Below are positions 45,891 to 55,080 of a stretch of 55,080 nt of DNA, piece after piece; position 1 is the first letter of the stretch, and each line of letters opens with the position of its first letter. Under the pieces are notes generated by a model. It saw nothing but the letters and a program-made list of their open reading frames with translations, did no database searches and was not told the origin of the DNA. Made by a program: the position numbers and the translations under genes. Source of the stretch: Gammaproteobacteria bacterium (GTDB lineage: Bacteria; Pseudomonadota; Gammaproteobacteria; SZUA-152); NCBI GenBank assembly GCA_022627515.1, contig JAKEGK010000178.1, positions 1 through 55,080 on the forward strand, in the 5' to 3' direction.

Positions 45891-46457
45891 GTGAATTGCA
45901 GCAAACGTTTATTGCGTAAGCTGTTGTTATTAAAGATTATTGGCAGGTATCTGATGAAGCATTGGATGATTAACCACTTTATAATCGCGAGTGCGCTGGT
46001 ATTTTTAGTGGCGCATAGCGATGCCAAAGACATGGATGCAAGCCTGCCGCAAACCAAAGACTTCGCATTGCTGGCGCTGCAATCCAACCAGCAAAAGCTT
46101 CCCATACTGATCATGTACGCCGCTCAAACCTGCGAATACTGCGAACGCCTGGAAGAGGAAATCCTGGCGCCCATGTACCGGAGCGGGCATTTCAATAACC
46201 GGGTAATTGTCCGTAAAGTCATGATTGACACCATCGAGAATATCCGGGATTTCAATGGCAATATCGTGCACGCGGACAACTTTGCCTTCAAGCGCGGCGT
46301 GCAGGTGACCCCCACACTGCAATTCGTGGACGCGAATGGTAACCAGCTTGCGCCTGAGATGATTGGATATAACACACCTGAGTTTTACGCCAATTATATC
46401 GAGGACGCCATCGATACGTCGCAGGACGCCATCAACAGCACTAAATCCGAGAACTAA
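45891..46457 (+). CDS. Periplasmic thioredoxin-fold protein (CxxC = CEYC)
   Basis: A signal-like segment (HFIIASALVFLVAHSDA) is present, and the CEYC motif sits in a thioredoxin-like context (LPILIMYAAQTCEYCERLEEE). The start is uncertain: GTG 45891 after GAGGGG, or ATG 45954. Confidence 0.6.
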   Translation: MNCSKRLLRKLLLLKIIGRYLMKHWMINHFIIASALVFLVAHSDAKDMDASLPQTKDFALLALQSNQQKLPILIMYAAQTCEYCERLEEEILAPMYRSGHFNNRVIVRKVMIDTIENIRDFNGNIVHADNFAFKRGVQVTPTLQFVDANGNQLAPEMIGYNTPEFYANYIEDAIDTSQDAINSTKSEN

Positions 46458-46503
46458 ATCCGAGAACTAAATCTCCCGCAAACCGGCCGCGTAGCACGGC
46501 AAG

Positions 46504-47244
46504 TTATTTTTTAAGCTGTTTGAGCTGCTTGCGCACCTGCGTCATGTGGCGGCGGCTGACTTCAAGTTTTTCAGCGACGCCGCGAATCCTGACCATCCAT
46601 TGTCCCGATGACAGTTTTTCCAGGCTATCGAGATAGTTTTTTGAAACCAGCGCGTTGCGGTGCACGCGGATAAACCGGTCACCAAATTCCTCTTCCAGGG
46701 ATTTCAGGGGCTCGTCAATGATCACTTCGCCATGCTTATGGCGCACCATGACATATTTTTGTTCGGCGTGAAAAAAATAGATTTCCTCGACGGGCACCAG
46801 GTGTATGTTACCGCTGATTTGAGCGCTGATATGACTGCGGCTATGGCCGGTTTCCTCATTTTTACCCAGTTCCAGCAATTGCGCCCGGTTGACCTTGCGG
46901 GCCTTTTTCAGGGCTTCTTCCAGCCGGTCCTTGCGGATGGGTTTTAACAGGTAATCCACCGCATTGCTGTTGAATGCCGCCAGCGCGTGTTCTCCAAACG
47001 CCGTGGTGAAGATGATGGCCGGTGGATTTTCCAGATTCGATAAATGATAAGCCGCCTCGAGGCCGTCCATGTCAGGCATGCGAATGTCCATTAATACGAT
47101 ATCCGGATTCAGTTTGCCGCAAAGTATTAGTACTTCCTTGCCGTCGTTAGCCTCACCCACGACATGGTAGGTTTCGCTTTCGTCCACCAGGCGCTTCAGC
47201 CGGGAGCGCGCCAGCGGCTCATCATCCGCGATCAATATATTCAT
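46504..47244 (-). CDS. algR: LytTR-family response regulator (AlgR-like)
   Basis: The REC domain reads MNILIADDEPLAR...DIVLMDIRMPDMDG. The C-terminal LytTR domain reads IYFFHAEQKYVMVRH...RVHRNALV. The gene overlaps the upstream kinase gene and lies next to argH, as in the Pseudomonas argH/algZ/algR locus. Confidence 0.7.
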   Translation of the reverse strand: MNILIADDEPLARSRLKRLVDESETYHVVGEANDGKEVLILCGKLNPDIVLMDIRMPDMDGLEAAYHLSNLENPPAIIFTTAFGEHALAAFNSNAVDYLLKPIRKDRLEEALKKARKVNRAQLLELGKNEETGHSRSHISAQISGNIHLVPVEEIYFFHAEQKYVMVRHKHGEVIIDEPLKSLEEEFGDRFIRVHRNALVSKNYLDSLEKLSSGQWMVRIRGVAEKLEVSRRHMTQVRKQLKQLKK

Positions 47245-48395
47245 AAACGTTCCTGCACATAAGGAAACCGAATGGTCAATTCATATTGTGTTCCAGTTTG
47301 CCTGACTTGCAATCGGCCCTGATGACCATAAAGCGCCGATAGGCGTTGTTTGATATTTTCCTGGGCCATTTTGTTGCTGGCCCGTTCCAAAGGCCGGGTA
47401 TATTCCGGCATGGGATTGACGATGCTGATGGTAATAATATTTTTCTCCAGTTTGCCATTAATCCCAATCGTGCCGCCATCGCGAATGTGTTCGATGCCGT
47501 GGTAAATGGCGTTTTCCAGTAACGGCTGGATCGTTAACTGGGGAATCAGCGCATTTTCCGGCAACGCCTCGACATCCCACTGCACCTTTAATCGGTCGCC
47601 CATGCGCAATTCTTCAATATGCAGGTAACGTTTTGCCAACTCCCACTCGTCTTTCAGGAGTACTTCGTAACTGGAATCGGCCAGTGTGCCGCGGAACAGG
47701 TCGGCCAGATCTTCGGTGGCTTCTTCGGCCAGCTCCGGGTTGCTGCGGGTCAGGCTGGCGATGGTGTTTAAACTGTTAAACAAAAAATGCGGCCGGATAC
47801 GCGATTGCAATGCCTGGATGCGCGCCTGGGATTTGGCTTCCAGGTTCTGCGCCCACTGATGCTGGACATAAAAGTAACGCAGGGCAACAGCCGATACAAT
47901 GGCGCTGATCCCAAGGTTGCGGAGTAAAAAATCGCTATACCATCCGGTACTCACTTTAGGATCCGCGGTCATCCAGTGCAGAGTCCAGTAAGTCACTTCG
48001 CTGACCATGGTAGTGGTAATAATTAATACGATATAACTGGCGGTCGCGGCGATATTCACACTGAGTTTTCGTAACCAGGGACGCACGATACAGAGTACGC
48101 CAGCGCTTATCAGCGCCACCCACTGAATAAATAATGAGATCACCCCAAGGTCTTCCCAGCGGTTGCTGGCGGTGTCCAGGGGGCCCAGGGTTAACACGAT
48201 GGCCAGCAGTTCCGCAATGAGTATCACGGCAAATACCATGCGTACATTGCAAAAATCGGGCAGGAAAAAGTCGTCCGGACCTGGAGAATCCACATTTTCG
48301 GTGGATTCGTGATCATTTTGAGGTAATGCCATGCGATATAGTCTAGCCTGAATGCAATGTTCCAAAAGTGACGCCACGTCGCAATATAGTGCCAA
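47241..48395 (-). CDS. algZ: LytS/AlgZ(FimS)-type sensor histidine kinase
   Basis: The N-terminus FFLPDFCNVRMVFAVILIAELLAIV resembles AlgZ/FimS. The His_kinase motif IRPHFLFNSLNTIASL is present. The likely true start is MALPQND at about 48332. Confidence 0.7.
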   Translation of the reverse strand: MALYCDVASLLEHCIQARLYRMALPQNDHESTENVDSPGPDDFFLPDFCNVRMVFAVILIAELLAIVLTLGPLDTASNRWEDLGVISLFIQWVALISAGVLCIVRPWLRKLSVNIAATASYIVLIITTTMVSEVTYWTLHWMTADPKVSTGWYSDFLLRNLGISAIVSAVALRYFYVQHQWAQNLEAKSQARIQALQSRIRPHFLFNSLNTIASLTRSNPELAEEATEDLADLFRGTLADSSYEVLLKDEWELAKRYLHIEELRMGDRLKVQWDVEALPENALIPQLTIQPLLENAIYHGIEHIRDGGTIGINGKLEKNIITISIVNPMPEYTRPLERASNKMAQENIKQRLSALYGHQGRLQVRQTGTQYELTIRFPYVQERL

Positions 48396-48441
48396 TATCG
48401 ACTATACTGCGCCATACCTGAATATGCAGTGGATAAACTGA

Positions 48442-49842
48442 ATGGCGAAAAAAGAAAAATCAGTGGTAAAACCCTGGGGTGGACGGTTTACCGAACCCAC
48501 CGACGCGTTTGTTGAAGCCTTTACCGCTTCGGTTAGCTTTGATCAACGCTTATATGCTCAGGATATCGCGGGTTCCATCGCGCATGCCCGCATGCTAGCC
48601 AAAATCGGCGTGCTGACCAGTGAAGAATACGAGGCAATCGTCGAAGGCCTGCAGGCGATCAAGGACGAGATCGAACGCGGGGATTTCACCTGGCGTGTGG
48701 ATCTGGAAGACGTGCATATGAATATCGAAGCCAATCTCACGCAGCGGATTGGCGATGCCGGGAAAAAACTGCATACCGGACGGTCGCGCAATGACCAGGT
48801 CGCAACCGATGTGCGTTTGTATCTGCGTGAAGAAATTGATGCCATCAGTAAACAACTGAACCGGCTGCAAACCAACCTGGTGGATTTGGCCGAACAGCAT
48901 TTTGATACGATTATGCCCGGTTTTACCCATTTGCAGACCGCCCAGCCGGTTACCTTCGGACATCATCTCATGGCCTGGTTTGAAATGCTGAAACGGGACA
49001 GCGGGCGGTTAAGTGACTGCCGCGGCCGGGTGAACGTCATGCCTTTGGGGTCAGCAGCGCTTGCCGGCACCAGTTACCCCATCGACCGGAACTTCACGCG
49101 GGACTTGCTGGGATTTAACGGCATCGCCGAGAATTCGCTGGATGCGGTGAGCGACCGGGATTTTGCCATCGAGTTTGTGTTCGTGTGTTCGTTGATCATG
49201 ACGCATCTGTCCCGCTTTTCGGAAGAACTGATTTTATGGTCATCGGCGCAGTTTGATTTCATTGAGCTTGGCGACAGTTTCTGTACCGGTTCATCCATTA
49301 TGCCGCAGAAGAAAAATCCGGACGTGCCGGAACTGGTGCGCGGAAAGACCGGCCGTATCAATGGCCACCTGGTGGCCTTGCTCACCTTAATGAAAGGTCA
49401 GCCGCTGGCTTACAACAAGGACAACCAGGAAGACAAGGAACCCCTGTTTGATACCATCGATAACGTGAAAGGCAGTTTGCGCGCGTTCGCGGATATGGTG
49501 CCCACCTTAAAAGTCAAAACCGCCAATATGCGCGCCGCCGCGCTTAAAGGTTTCGCGACCGCCACAGACCTCGCGGATTATCTGGTTCGCAAGGGTGTCG
49601 CGTTTCGTGATGCGCATGAAGTTGTTGGCAAGGCCGTAAAAAAAGGAATCAAGGATGGCAAGGACCTGGCTCAACTGACTCTTGCGGAATTGCAGAAATT
49701 CTCCAGCGTCATCGAACAGGATGTGTTTGACGTGCTGACCCTGGAAGGTTCGGTGGCGGCGCGCAAACATATTGGCGGAACAGCGCCGAAGCAGGTGCAA
49801 CAGGCTATTGCGCGCGCCCGGCAGTGGTTATCCGGGAAATAG
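48442..49842 (+). CDS. argH: Argininosuccinate lyase
   Basis: WGGRF near the N-terminus, [27 protein letters not shown] and the signature [12 protein letters not shown] are all present. 466 aa. Confidence 0.97.
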   Translation: MAKKEKSVVKPWGGRFTEPTDAFVEAFTASVSFDQRLYAQDIAGSIAHARMLAKIGVLTSEEYEAIVEGLQAIKDEIERGDFTWRVDLEDVHMNIEANLTQRIGDAGKKLHTGRSRNDQVATDVRLYLREEIDAISKQLNRLQTNLVDLAEQHFDTIMPGFTHLQTAQPVTFGHHLMAWFEMLKRDSGRLSDCRGRVNVMPLGSAALAGTSYPIDRNFTRDLLGFNGIAENSLDAVSDRDFAIEFVFVCSLIMTHLSRFSEELILWSSAQFDFIELGDSFCTGSSIMPQKKNPDVPELVRGKTGRINGHLVALLTLMKGQPLAYNKDNQEDKEPLFDTIDNVKGSLRAFADMVPTLKVKTANMRAAALKGFATATDLADYLVRKGVAFRDAHEVVGKAVKKGIKDGKDLAQLTLAELQKFSSVIEQDVFDVLTLEGSVAARKHIGGTAPKQVQQAIARARQWLSGK

Positions 49843-49944
49843 TTGCTTGTTTGCGGTTCGTGTTGGAATGCGTGCACACCCGAATGGCGTTTAACTTAAA
49901 CCTCTTAAACCGCCGATACCAGTAAAACACATGCCATATCAAGC

Positions 49945-50064
49945 AGCAGATGTAGGATACAAAGAAAAAATACGCTGTGAATACATCCATTCTTGTTTCG
50001 AAAAGAATGCTCGATGGCGGCATTCCTTCGGCCAACGATTTTTTCTTTGGATCTTACATCTGCT
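49945..50064. repeat. 120-nt imperfect palindrome (27-nt arms, 66-nt interior with its own 7-bp hairpin)
   Basis: The arms 49945-49971 and 50038-50064 pair at 25 Watson-Crick positions plus 1 G-T out of 27, which I checked by hand. The inner stem is CATTCTT / AAGAATG (49988-49994 / 50003-50009). No flanking T-run is present. Confidence 0.9.
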
Positions 50065-50197
50065 CCCGGTAGCCGCGGTGTAACTTGTTTTGCTTGCTAA
50101 GTAAGAGACATTTCGTGCATACCTCATTAATTCAATATCAATAAAGTCATAACGTCAGCTTAACGCGCAACGTGACTGTTACCTATTTATTAAGCCT

Positions 50198-51247
50198 ATG
50201 GAAAGGTGCGGCGCTTTGACTACCGGTGATAATACCTGGCGGCAGAGCCTGTTCATTTTAATAGCACCGCTGTTATGCGTTCTCCCACTGTGGCCATCCA
50301 ACCTGTTGGCGCAGCCGATTCATCCACTCAATATTACCAATACCAGCCCGGTCATTCTGGTTCAGGGGCTGCCTGATGCGCGCGATCCGCGGATCACCGC
50401 GCCAGATGACTTTTCGATGAGCCTGGTGTACGAAATTACCAGCCATTTCACTTTTCAGGATTCCAGTAGTGAACAATTATTGTTTGATGGCGAAACCACG
50501 CGCGCGTTGCTTTCCTTCAAAACCGGATTGAGCCGCAGCATGGATATCGAGATTCAGCTGCCTTATATCGCGCACGATGGCGGATTCCTGGATTCATTTA
50601 TCATCAATTGGCACAATTTTTTTAGCTTGCCGCAGAATGCCAGGGATCAGTCTCCACAAAACCAGCTGGAATATTTTTATCAAAAGAATGGCGTGGTATT
50701 GCTGGACTTTCAGGAACCAGCCAGTGGTATTGGTGATGTGCAGGTGATATGGGGGATTAAATTAAACAAAAACTGGCTACCCGCACAGAACAATCTTGCC
50801 CTGAAAAGCGCCATCAAGTTTCCTTCCGGTGACTCAGCCCGGCTCACCGGCAACGGCGCGTATGCCGTATCGGCCTGGCTGGCCGGGGACATGCAAACCG
50901 GCTGGTTTGGGCAGCCGGGAATCACTTATATGAGCTTGGGCGGCATGTGGCTGGAGCAGGGTGAAGTACTGGCCGGGCAACAACGCTCCTGGGCCTGGTT
51001 TGGCGGCGTTGGCAGTGGTCTAAATGTCAGTGAACGCATAGTACTGCAAGCGCAGCTCGATTGGCACTCGCAATTATATGACGGCAGCAAATTTGTAGAG
51101 ATTGACAGTTATACTTTACAGTTAACTTTGGGAGGCAATCTTAAACTGAACGATGCCTGGAATCTTGATATTGGCGTGGTGGAAGATTTGATTGTGCATG
51201 CATCGCCGGATGTGATATTTCATCTTAAGCTTAACGGCCGTTTTTAA
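50198..51247 (+). CDS. Putative outer-membrane beta-barrel protein (possibly DUF3187-like)
   Basis: A signal-like N-terminus is present. The body shows alternating hydrophobic beta-strand patterns rich in aromatic and Gly residues, and the C-terminus ends ...HLKLNGRF with a terminal Phe. The family assignment is from memory only. Confidence 0.5.
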   Translation: MERCGALTTGDNTWRQSLFILIAPLLCVLPLWPSNLLAQPIHPLNITNTSPVILVQGLPDARDPRITAPDDFSMSLVYEITSHFTFQDSSSEQLLFDGETTRALLSFKTGLSRSMDIEIQLPYIAHDGGFLDSFIINWHNFFSLPQNARDQSPQNQLEYFYQKNGVVLLDFQEPASGIGDVQVIWGIKLNKNWLPAQNNLALKSAIKFPSGDSARLTGNGAYAVSAWLAGDMQTGWFGQPGITYMSLGGMWLEQGEVLAGQQRSWAWFGGVGSGLNVSERIVLQAQLDWHSQLYDGSKFVEIDSYTLQLTLGGNLKLNDAWNLDIGVVEDLIVHASPDVIFHLKLNGRF

Positions 51248-51266
51248 GCGATTGCTCTAAACCAAA

Positions 51267-51878
51267 TCAGAGTTTGCCGTCGTGAAACAGCAATTTAGCA
51301 AACGGCTGGTCCGAATGGTGATCAATCTGAATGCGCGTGATAGAGGCATTGGCGACATGAATGCGAAACATATTTTCTATCGGTGTTCCCAGGACATAGG
51401 TCACTACCGCGCGCACGATGCCGGCGTGCGCCACCAGCAATACATGCTTTTGTGCATGCCGCCTGGTGATTTCCAGCCACGCGGCGATAACGCGCTGCTG
51501 AAATTCGCGGATGTTTTCCGCTCCGGCTGGCCGGTAGTTTAATGGGTCACGCAAAGCGCGGGCCACGGTGAGCGGATCATTCCGGTTAAGCTGCTCAGGC
51601 GTGCTGCCTTCCCAATCACCCCAGCGGATTTCCATGATCCGTTCGTCGATTTCCAGTGGGATATTACGCTGCTGCGCCAGCTCATTGGCAAACGCCGCGC
51701 AGCGTGACAAGGGGGAACTGACAATTGCATTCCACGGTTTGTGGTCCGCAACCGCGGCGCGCATTTGTTGCCAGCCTTTTTCACTTAAGGGATCGTCAAT
51801 CTGGCCGCGGTAGCGTCTGCCGCCCACCGGTTCGCCATGACGGATGATATCAACCAGAGTATACGGGGTATCAGCCAT
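51267..51878 (-). CDS. Histidine phosphatase family protein (alpha-ribazole phosphatase/CobC-like)
   Basis: The RHG catalytic motif (DIIRHGEP), PLSEKGWQQ and a later HAG motif (LLVAHAGIVRAV) are present. Confidence 0.7.
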   Translation of the reverse strand: MADTPYTLVDIIRHGEPVGGRRYRGQIDDPLSEKGWQQMRAAVADHKPWNAIVSSPLSRCAAFANELAQQRNIPLEIDERIMEIRWGDWEGSTPEQLNRNDPLTVARALRDPLNYRPAGAENIREFQQRVIAAWLEITRRHAQKHVLLVAHAGIVRAVVTYVLGTPIENMFRIHVANASITRIQIDHHSDQPFAKLLFHDGKL

Positions 51879-51936
51879 TGCGCGGCAACAAAATTATAAG
51901 TAACGCGTAAGTAACGTAGTTAAATCTGCAACGCGG

Positions 51937-52866
51937 TTAACCGGCCCACCCCGCCAGCGTGAGCAAGGCAAGCGCGGTGATCCAAAGAATGATGCTGCGC
52001 CAACTCAGCGCAAGAACATCCTGTACGGTTGCGATATCGAACGCATGGGTTTCAGGATCGATTTGCAGTGATTTTAATCCGGTATGGAACAAAGTGTCAT
52101 CGGATTCCTGGGGGTCGAGATAATCGTTGGGCAGGCGCCGTTTCCACTCCTGCAGGGTATCGATGAAACTTCCGGTGACCGCAAAAGCCAATGTGGTGAG
52201 TTGCGCGGGCAGCCACAACAGAATCGCGTAAAGCAGGCGTGCGGAGTTATTGAATTCCGTGTAATCCGAACTTTGTTTTTCACTTTGCGGTTCGCTTTGC
52301 TCGTTGTTTTGTTCTTCATTTTCTTTTTGTGAATCGTAATAGAGCACGCCGGCGATACGAAACATGAGGGCGCCCATCGGACCTAACAGCACAAACCAGA
52401 AAAATACCGCGAGCAGATTTTCGTTGGTGCTGACGAGAATTTTTTCACAAATATTGCGGTTAAGTTCCTTGGCGTCGCCGGGCGGATTGCTGCCCAGAAT
52501 TTCAATCGCGTAGGATTTCAAACTGTGTTCATCTTCGTGTTCGCCCGCGTCTATATATAAGCGCGTGGCGTGCTGTATGCGTTGCGGACCCATGCAATAG
52601 ACCAATACGCCCAGCGAAAACAGGAATCCCAGTAGACCCAGTGCGTCGTAAAGCTGATTATAGATGATGGCGCAAAGAAATACGGGCAACAGGATAATGG
52701 CAATCAGGCCCAGCGTGTCATTCCAGAATTCCGAACGGGAGAGTTTTTGCTTCACCCAGTTGGCAAATGAAATACTCCAGTCAAACTTTCGCAGTAGGCC
52801 GACAGCGTCAACATAGCGTTCAACGGCAAGACTGAACAAAATGGTAAGCAGGCTCATGATAGTCAA
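51937..52866 (-). CDS. ampE: AmpE-like inner-membrane protein
   Basis: The N-terminus LLTILFSLAVERY resembles E. coli AmpE (LLVLIFERLF). It is a polytopic membrane protein located immediately downstream of ampD on the same strand. Confidence 0.6.
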   Translation of the reverse strand: MTIMSLLTILFSLAVERYVDAVGLLRKFDWSISFANWVKQKLSRSEFWNDTLGLIAIILLPVFLCAIIYNQLYDALGLLGFLFSLGVLVYCMGPQRIQHATRLYIDAGEHEDEHSLKSYAIEILGSNPPGDAKELNRNICEKILVSTNENLLAVFFWFVLLGPMGALMFRIAGVLYYDSQKENEEQNNEQSEPQSEKQSSDYTEFNNSARLLYAILLWLPAQLTTLAFAVTGSFIDTLQEWKRRLPNDYLDPQESDDTLFHTGLKSLQIDPETHAFDIATVQDVLALSWRSIILWITALALLTLAGWAG

Positions 52867-52961
52867 TATTCCCGGTGATTAAACGCCGATATTATACGTG
52901 GAACAGGGAGATGAAAATACCGCTTGCTGAGTTAAATATTTGCTGCGCAATTTGTGATTAA

Positions 52962-53531
52962 TTATACCGGCTGCCGCGAATTTGTTGCGAGCAGGTTGTA
53001 TAACATCTCCCAGTCGAATGCCGGTCCGGGATCTGTTTTCCGTCCCGGGGCAATGTCACAATGTCCCGCGATGCGTTGAGTGCTCAGTTTGGGGTAGGCG
53101 TCACATAGGGCTAGAATGAGCTCAGCCAGTTGCTGGTATTGTACCGGTTCATATTCTTCGTCATCGCTTCCCTCAAGCTCAATGCCAATGGAGAAATCAT
53201 TGCAACGCTCACGGTTGCCGTAGCTGGATTTTCCCGCGTGCCAGGCCCGTTTGTGAAACGGCACATACTGCACAATTTCACCGTTGCGCCGGATGAGCAA
53301 ATGTGAAGAGACTTCCAGTTGATGAATTTCCATAAAGTAAGGATGGCCGCCGGCGTCCAATGAATTGGTGAAAAGAGCGTCAATCCAGGGGCCGCCATAG
53401 TGACCCGGTGGCAGGCTTATTCCATGCACAACAATCAGGTCGATATCCGCTTCATCCGGCCGGTCATCGTAATTGGGGGAATCAACCTGCCGCGCTTCGT
53501 CCAGTAATCCAGTTGTTTTATCGATTTTCAT
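52962..53531 (-). CDS. ampD: 1,6-anhydro-N-acetylmuramyl-L-alanine amidase
   Basis: SPNYDDRP, LIVVHGISLPPG, SSHLLIRRNGEIVQYVPFHKRAWHAG, FSIGIELEG and IAGHCDIAPGRKTDPG are typical amidase_2 / AmpD motifs. Confidence 0.9.
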   Translation of the reverse strand: MKIDKTTGLLDEARQVDSPNYDDRPDEADIDLIVVHGISLPPGHYGGPWIDALFTNSLDAGGHPYFMEIHQLEVSSHLLIRRNGEIVQYVPFHKRAWHAGKSSYGNRERCNDFSIGIELEGSDDEEYEPVQYQQLAELILALCDAYPKLSTQRIAGHCDIAPGRKTDPGPAFDWEMLYNLLATNSRQPV

Positions 53532-53631
53532 TGCAAAAGTGTTTCGCCGATTTAATCATAATCTAGCGCATGTATGCATTTTAAACCAGCGATAGAGTGA
53601 TATTCCGTGGCGCTGGTGTAATAATCACGCC

Positions 53632-54543
53632 ATGAAACGGTTGCCGGGTCGCGTGACAAATATAGTAGTAATGTTGTTTTTCAGCGTGAGCGCTAATGCT
53701 GAAGAAATCGTTGTGCGCGACGATCTGGGTAATACTGTACGCCTTGCGCAACCGGCGCAGCGCATTATCAGCCTGGCGCCCCATACGACGGAGTTATTGT
53801 TCGCCGCCGGCGCCGGCGGCAAAATCGTTGGGGTGGCGGAGTTCAGTGATTTTCCGCCTGATGCGAAATCAATCCAGCGGATCGGAAATTTCGCCACGTT
53901 TGATCTGGAGCGAATCAGCCTGCTCAAGCCCGATTTAATTATCGCCTGGCACAGCGGCAATCCCGCATCGGCGCTGGCCAGCCTGAAGCAGTTAGGTTAC
54001 CCCATGTTTTTGAGTGAACCGAGGACGCTCAAGGATATTCCTGCAACGCTTATACAATTGGGAAAACTGGCAGGCAGCCAGGCGCAGGCGCAGACGGCCG
54101 CCGACGCTTATTTTGCGCAATTGCAACACCTGAAAACGCGTTATGCGGGACAGGCAACACTCACGGTGTTCTATGAAATCTGGAACCAGCCCATGATGAC
54201 CGTGAATGGCCGGCATATTATCACTGAAGTGATTGAGTTCTGCGGGGGACGTAATGTTTTCGCGGATATGAAAGTTCTGGCCCCAACGGTTGCGGTGGAA
54301 CCGGTGCTGGTGGCCAATCCTCAAGTAATTATCGCCAGCAGCAGCGAGGGGGAGGCGCCGCAATGGTTGAATGACTGGCGCCAATGGACAGAGCTGGATG
54401 CGGTGCGCTACGATAATTTATTTCACGTCGATGCGGATACCATCAATCGTCATACGCTGCGGATTTTACGTGGAGTGGAACAAATTTGCGAAGCCTTGAA
54501 TACCGCGAGGCAACACATGCAAGACAGGAAACAAAGGCAATAA
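53632..54543 (+). CDS. btuF: Cobalamin ABC transporter substrate-binding protein
   Basis: A signal peptide, RIISLAPHTTELLFAAGAGGKIVGV, KPDLIIAW and the overall BtuF-like length (303 aa) support the call. Confidence 0.75.
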   Translation: MKRLPGRVTNIVVMLFFSVSANAEEIVVRDDLGNTVRLAQPAQRIISLAPHTTELLFAAGAGGKIVGVAEFSDFPPDAKSIQRIGNFATFDLERISLLKPDLIIAWHSGNPASALASLKQLGYPMFLSEPRTLKDIPATLIQLGKLAGSQAQAQTAADAYFAQLQHLKTRYAGQATLTVFYEIWNQPMMTVNGRHIITEVIEFCGGRNVFADMKVLAPTVAVEPVLVANPQVIIASSSEGEAPQWLNDWRQWTELDAVRYDNLFHVDADTINRHTLRILRGVEQICEALNTARQHMQDRKQRQ

Positions 54544-54556
54544 ATGCCCGTGCGCC

Positions 54557-55080
54557 ATGAATAGTCCGATACGCATTGGCATTGATCTGGGCGGCAGCAA
54601 GACTGAAATCATCGCCTTGTCGCGAACCGGCGGCATTCTGCTGCGCGACCGGGTTCCCACCGTGGCTAATGACTACCAGGCAACCCTTGCAACGATCAAG
54701 CATCTGGTGGAGCATGCCGAGCGGACGCTTAAGACCAGCTGCAGTGTCGGTATCGGCACACCGGGTGCGATCTCTCCTGATACCGGGTTACTGAAAAACT
54801 CCAATTCCACCTGGCTAAATGGTAAACCTCTTAAAAAGGATATTGAAAAGTGCCTGCAGCGTCCGGTGCGTCTGGCGAATGACGCCAATTGCTTTGCATT
54901 GTCGGAAGCGATCGACGGCGCGGCAAAGGACGGCCACGTGGTATTCGGCGTCATTGTGGGCACCGGCACGGGCGGCGGCATTGTGGTTGGCAAACAGGTG
55001 CTGACCGGCGCCAATGCGATAGCGGGCGAGTGGGGACACAATCCTGTGCCGTGGCCCGGCGCGGACGAATTGCCGGGTCC
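54557..55080 (+). CDS. ROK-family sugar kinase (Mak/fructokinase-like), 5' part, runs off the window
   Basis: This ORF is not in the supplied track because it is open at the window end. My manual translation is MNSPIRIGIDLGGSKTEIIAL...NSNSTWLNGKPL...VRLANDANCFALSEA...GVIVGTGTGGG...GEWGHNPVPW, which closely parallels E. coli Mak. Confidence 0.85.
   Translation, partial: MNSPIRIGIDLGGSKTEIIALSRTGGILLRDRVPTVANDYQATLATIKHLVEHAERTLKTSCSVGIGTPGAISPDTGLLKNSNSTWLNGKPLKKDIEKCLQRPVRLANDANCFALSEAIDGAAKDGHVVFGVIVGTGTGGGIVVGKQVLTGANAIAGEWGHNPVPWPGADELPG

Noticed and set aside
49805-50127. 76-aa and 62-aa minus-strand ORFs downstream of argH.
   Set aside because: They are built from the arms of the 120-nt palindrome and have no coding signatures.

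Overview
This is a 55,080-bp gene-dense chromosomal window with about 45 credible protein genes. I found no rRNA or tRNA genes, no transposase, integrase or phage genes, and no CRISPR array. Protein similarities and local synteny point to a gammaproteobacterium: argH lies divergent from an algZ/fimS-algR-like pair, and rep, ampD-ampE, zur-znuACB and btuF are present. That taxonomic call is inference only. From left to right: (1) A redox block holds an unusually long pyruvate:ferredoxin oxidoreductase (1652 aa) preceded by a stand-alone RnfB-like polyferredoxin. It is divergent from a rubrerythrin / HdrD-like CCG Fe-S protein / DUF3501 operon. (2) An accessory-looking envelope block holds secreted Hcp/Sel1-like and ankyrin-repeat proteins. 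These are followed by a six-EF-hand periplasmic protein, an ECF sigma, an anti-sigma, an RND adaptor and pump, a two-EF-hand lipoprotein and a DUF3365 haem protein. (3) A decayed gapdh-arsJ arsenate module follows, with an internally deleted gapdh remnant and an arsJ carrying an in-frame TAG. (4) Next come an MscK-like channel, tmcA, an AlkD-like protein, a cold-shock protein, a GIY-YIG protein, a lysine-rich H1-like protein and zur-znuACB with a Zur box. (5) A c-di-GMP neighbourhood holds a di-haem cytochrome c peroxidase translationally coupled to a periplasmic-sensor PAS-GGDEF-EAL protein. It also holds a 1017-aa DUF349 protein isolated by long intergenic regions, a REC-PAS-GGDEF-EAL regulator and a histidine kinase. 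(6) The right end carries rep, a thioredoxin-fold protein, algZ/algR-like genes, argH, a putative outer-membrane barrel, a histidine phosphatase, ampE, ampD, btuF and a partial ROK kinase. Non-coding highlights are three long unrelated inverted-repeat elements, a 15-bp tandem repeat array that starts inside the kinase stop codon, and three clear intrinsic terminators. The best candidates for new biology are the EF-hand/ECF/RND cluster, the peroxidase-GGDEF/EAL pair and the expanded PFOR. None of these can be proven from sequence alone.
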